Source: the human T2T-CHM13v2.0 reference genome, Homo sapiens | Length of the DNA stretch: 64,000 nt | Assembly (NCBI RefSeq): GCF_009914755.1 | Contig: NC_060925.1 | Reading direction: 5' to 3' (one strand) | Shown: positions 59,861-64,000 of the stretch, one piece after another | How positions within the stretch are numbered: the stretch's first letter is position 1 | Layout of the letters: each line of letters opens with the position of its first letter | The notes under the pieces: generated by a model | The model's input: only the letters and a program-made list of their open reading frames with translations | Database searches by the model: none | What the model was told of the DNA's origin: nothing | Made by a program: the position numbers and the translations under genes

Positions 59861-61121
59861 TAAACATCAATGAGCATGTATACGTTAAACTTTCCATAAA
59901 ATATGAAGGGCTCCTAGGACACTCAAACCTTGTCCCTGGACTTGTAGGATCTCGGCCTTCAGGATGTCTGCAGGAGAGAAGCAGGGCTTTTCCATTCCTT
60001 GGACACTGCAGGCACAGTACCCAGAGAATACAGTTGAGAGAGCTGTGGAAATGTTCAAGCCCGGAATAAGGTTGTATTAACCCCATAATATAAAAAGTAG
60101 GTTGAAAAATCCAATTAGTAAATGTTTCATTAAAATAGAGAAAGTTTAGCCTTATGCCAACTGGTCAACAGCAACTCAACTCATACACTATTTAGAATGT
60201 ATAGGTGGTGTAGGATGTGGAAGAATGGAATGTTTGCAATGATTTGGGATGGGACCTGAGGACATCACCCTGTCCCAAAGTGACACTGCCTAGGGCAGAA
60301 AAGGTATCATCCTCACTCCCCTCCCTTTTATAAAGGAGGAAACGGAGGCCAAGAAGATAAGTGACTTGCCTGAATCACACAGCCAGAAGGTGGGAGGGTG
60401 AGAAAAGAGAACACAGCTCTGGAGTTAGAGGCTGCCAGTCAGATTGGGATAGGACCCAAAATGTACCAATCATCAGGCGAGGCTGCTTTGTGACATGGCG
60501 GGACACAGCAGAGAGTGGGGAACCCTGCAACCAGAAGAACTCAATACCCCTCGCTCTGCCCACCATAAGTGGGTGACCACTGCTTCTTTACTGCTGCCAA
60601 TCCAGTTCCATGGTGAGCCTCTATCTTCCAGGTGAAAGGGACCCAGATGCTCTCTCACCCACCCATGCCTTTGGGTCTACACAGCCTTCCATCAGAGCTG
60701 GTTTCAGCTTCCTCACACCCTCCTTAGAATCACCAGCAGAAGCCCAAACCCCATTCTTGGCTCCTCCCAACCCCTCTCACCTCACCTGAACATCTCACCC
60801 CTCTTCTGGGGTGCATCCTCTCTGGCTGCAGCAAACCAAATCAGCCTACATTTGTTTGACAATAGTTGTGTTACTGGTGGGCTTTCAAAGGGTGAGGGCA
60901 AACTCAAGTCTAAGGTCGGGCATCTCACCCAGAGGGTGGAGGTGGTATCAGAATCACATGTAGCATCTCCAAGCCCTGCCGCCCATCCCTACCTGCCCAC
61001 TCCAGGGAGCCTGGGTTGCTCCTGCAGCTCAGAATCATGGGGCCAGGGAAGGCTTCCTGGGACATCTCAAGAAGCCCACTTGTTGGGTGTGTGTTTTAGC
61101 AGAGGCTCATTGCCAGTTTTT

Positions 61122-61414
61122 TTTGTTTGTTTGTTTTTGAGATGGAGTCTCAAAAAAAGGCTGGAGTGCAGTAGTGTGATCTTGGCTCACTGCAACCTCT
61201 GTCTCCTGGGTTCAAGCGATTCTCATGTCTCAGCCTCCCGAATAGCTAGGATTACAGGAACGCACCACCACAGCCAGCTAATTTTTGTATTTTTAGTAGA
61301 GACAGGGTTTCATCATGTTGGTCAGGCTGGTCTCAAACTCCTGAGCTCAAGTGATCTGCCTGCCTTGGCCTCCCAAAGTACTGGGATTACAGTCATGAGC
61401 TACCACGCCCAGCC
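61122..61414 (-). mobile_element. AluS
   Basis: Full dimer; TSD tcattgccagttttt at 61107-61121 and 61415-61429. Confidence 0.9.
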
Positions 61415-63304
61415 TCATTGCCAGTTTTTATCCACCTCCATTTCATAGTGACTAGTCATAGCGACTGAGCTCAGTCCATCAGGAAAGCACCAGGGCATGT
61501 CACCGAGGCAGGACAGTTTGCCTGAGTGTGGGGGGTGGGGCGGGAGGGAGCTGCTACCAGCCTGTCGCTGTGGCTGACATCTGGAACAAAGCAGATGGGG
61601 ACTTCATGGTAACATCTCCGAGGGCCTGAGACATAGTCCCAACTCACCCTCCTTTTAGTCATCAAAACATTTAGGAAAGATTCAGAAATTGCGCATGGGA
61701 TTACAGTTTAGCAATTTTCCGATTTTGCCCCCTCATTTTCTCCCCTAGGAAAAAATATGAGTTTGCTGTCTCCTTCCCTGCAGGGATGTAATAGAGGTTT
61801 TACGGATAGAGAATTTCTCAAATTGCATCATTACAAAATGGTATATGCTAAGGTGTACCTTATGTGTGAAATTTCCCGGAATCAGGGAAAAGTATAACAC
61901 ACAAAGCAAACGTCAAATCAGACCCTTTCTCCTCACCCCTCTCCCTCCTCCTCACACCTTAAGACCTCAGTGACAAGCTTTTGCCTCCTGCAGTAAAACA
62001 ATTTCCAAGACCAAACTGTGAGGTACCAAGGAGAGAGAGACCTGTATTTGGCCATCCATAAAACACAGCTCCTACTGTATTTTGGTGCACTTAGGAGGAT
62101 ATGCTATTTCCAGAAAAATAAACCTCTTCCTCACCATTTCTAGTAGCCAATAAATAGCAGAGGCTTTATAATTATTAAGCAGCCCCAAACACCTGGCACT
62201 GATCTTCGTTAAATTCAATAAAAAACGAGCCCCATGCTGCATTTCTTTCTTCCATGCTCAGCAGTGGCCCGAGCCTACGCCAGAGAACGGGGCCAAGCTG
62301 CCCTTCTCCCCCAAAGGGAGCCCGACACAGGAGTCCTGCTGGGCGTTTGCTCATTTTAATGATGCGGTTAGAAAGGAACAGAAGATGAAATGAACTTTTC
62401 ATAGGAAAAGGCTGGACCGAGGCTTACTAGGACTGTGAAGCTTCACTACCAGATCTCCAAACGAAAATCCTACTTGCTTTGATTTTTTTCTCTTAAGAGT
62501 GCCTTGGTCATGTGTCATGGGGCTGATCCCCAGCTGCCACCAGCTTCAGATAACCTCAGTGCTTCCTGGCCACATCCCCCCACACCGGGGCTGCCCTGAG
62601 AGGCATGGGGAAAGTCACGGGTCCTTTGGGGATAAGCACTGACCCACGGCCCTGGAGGGGCATCCCTCCAGGATAAGAGGATGCCTGTGCCCCACGTACC
62701 CCTGCGTCTCCCCTCCTTCTATCCCATTGGGTGAGAATCAAGCTGGGGAAGGCCAGAGCCCGAGGCCCGGCTGATGAGCCCCAGGCTTTGATGACAGGCC
62801 TGCTTGACAGGAAGCCTTCAGATGTCAGTTCATTCCAGGCAGATCTTCTCCCCCTCCAAAGCTGAGTTATAAAGCACCCGAGCTTTGTTATTTTATCTCC
62901 GGCTCGCAGGAGCCCTGGGAGGGCAGCTGCTTTGGAACTTTGAGGCTGCTCAGCCCCTGCCTCCTCCCGACTCTCCTCCTTCCGGGGCTCCTTGCAAGCG
63001 TGTCCTTCACCAGAGGACTGTCAGGACTTCCCACCACCAAAACCTGTGCTCCACACCCACTCCTCAGCAGCGGCCTGCTCTCACCCAAGGAAATCCCCCG
63101 TGCGGCCCTGAGGTCCACCTCACAATGGAGATACAAGCCCCACAGTGCTTGGCTCTCCGGCCTGGGAAGCTGGAGGGGCTGAGCTAGAAAAGTTCAGCCC
63201 AGCAGCATGAAGGCAGGCCTGGCCGACAGCACACTAGACCCCGTGGGGTTCAGCCCCAGAGCCTGGAGCAGCAGGAGCAGACAGCTCTCCAACCCCAGCT
63301 GCAA

Positions 63305-63690
63305 GAGAAGAGGAACTGGAGGGAGAGGCACAGGAAGGGGAGGAGGAGGAAAAGGGAGAGCAGTGGTGGGCGGGGGAGCAAATCAGGGAAAAGGAAAGGG
63401 GGAGAGGGAGAAAGGAAGGAAAAGAGGAGAGGGATAGGAAGGGGAAGGTGGAGGAGGAAGAGGAAGGAGGAAAGGGGAAAAAGAAGGGGAAGGGGAAAAA
63501 AGAAGGGTAGGGGAGGAAGAAGAGGAGGAAGGAAAAAGGGAAGAGAAGGGGAAGGGAGGGGGGGAGGAGGGAGGAGGCAGGGAAGCCAAGGGAAAGGAGG
63601 AGAGGAGGAGGAAGGAAGGGAGAAGAGCAGGGAAAAGGGGGAGGAGGAGGGAGGAAAAAGCGAAGAGAAGAGAAAGGGGAGGGGGAGGGG
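63305..63690. repeat. GA-rich polypurine/polypyrimidine tract
   Basis: ~385 bp almost exclusively G/A on the plus strand, with many G3+ runs. Confidence 0.9.
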
Positions 63691-63930
63691 CGTGCTGTGC
63701 TCAGGGCCAGTGCAGCCACTGAACACAGGAGACCACTGGCGGGGATGCGAGGAGGAGGAGAGCAGGCGGACTCTAGGAGGCTCACCCTAGGACACTTCAC
63801 CATCCCACCTTTAAGGAGGTGACTCACAGATTCTCACAGGACACGGGAGGGTCTCTGCTGCCAGAGGCTTCCACCCAATCTTAGCGCCTGCTTTAAGAGC
63901 CTCAGAAGGAGCTCAGAAAAGAAAATAATA

Positions 63931-64000
63931 GGTCGGGCGCGGTGGCTCACGCCTGTAATCCCAGCACTTTGGGAGGCAGAGGCAGGCGGATTATGAGGTC
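63931..64000 (+). mobile_element. Alu 5' end, cut by the window edge
   Basis: ggtcgggcgcggtggctcacgcctgtaatcccagcactttgggagg. Confidence 0.9.

Noticed and set aside
63234-63827. Pro/Phe/Ser/Leu-rich ORFs
   Set aside because: Low-complexity polypyrimidine artefact.

Overview
This window is primate (almost certainly human) genomic DNA. It covers the middle of PGBD5, a domesticated piggyBac transposase gene transcribed on the minus strand. I resolved four coding exons with canonical GT-AG junctions and matching phases (27731-27304, 21501-21367, 7694-7514, 3512-3315; 942 nt in total). An alternative first coding exon (47998-47875) splices in frame to them. The canonical GC-rich first exon and the last coding exons lie outside the window. 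The rest is intron: about 20 Alus, L1, L2 and MIR fragments, MaLR/ERVL LTRs, Tigger/hAT DNA-transposon relics, two ~1 kb CA-rich minisatellites and a ~390-bp purine tract. I found no prokaryotic-type system, CRISPR array, RNA gene or intact piggyBac element. The leads most worth checking are: (i) the start codon of the alternative N-terminus appears to be exonised from an antisense MIR; (ii) a 142-bp templated copy of nearby unique DNA sits inside an LTR33; (iii) very long UG-rich pre-mRNA tracts bracket exon 5, next to a candidate cryptic poison exon; (iv) several local repair scars, including Alu gene conversion and a quasi-palindrome template switch. Repeat subfamily names, isoform lengths and residue numbers are recalled from memory and were not computed.
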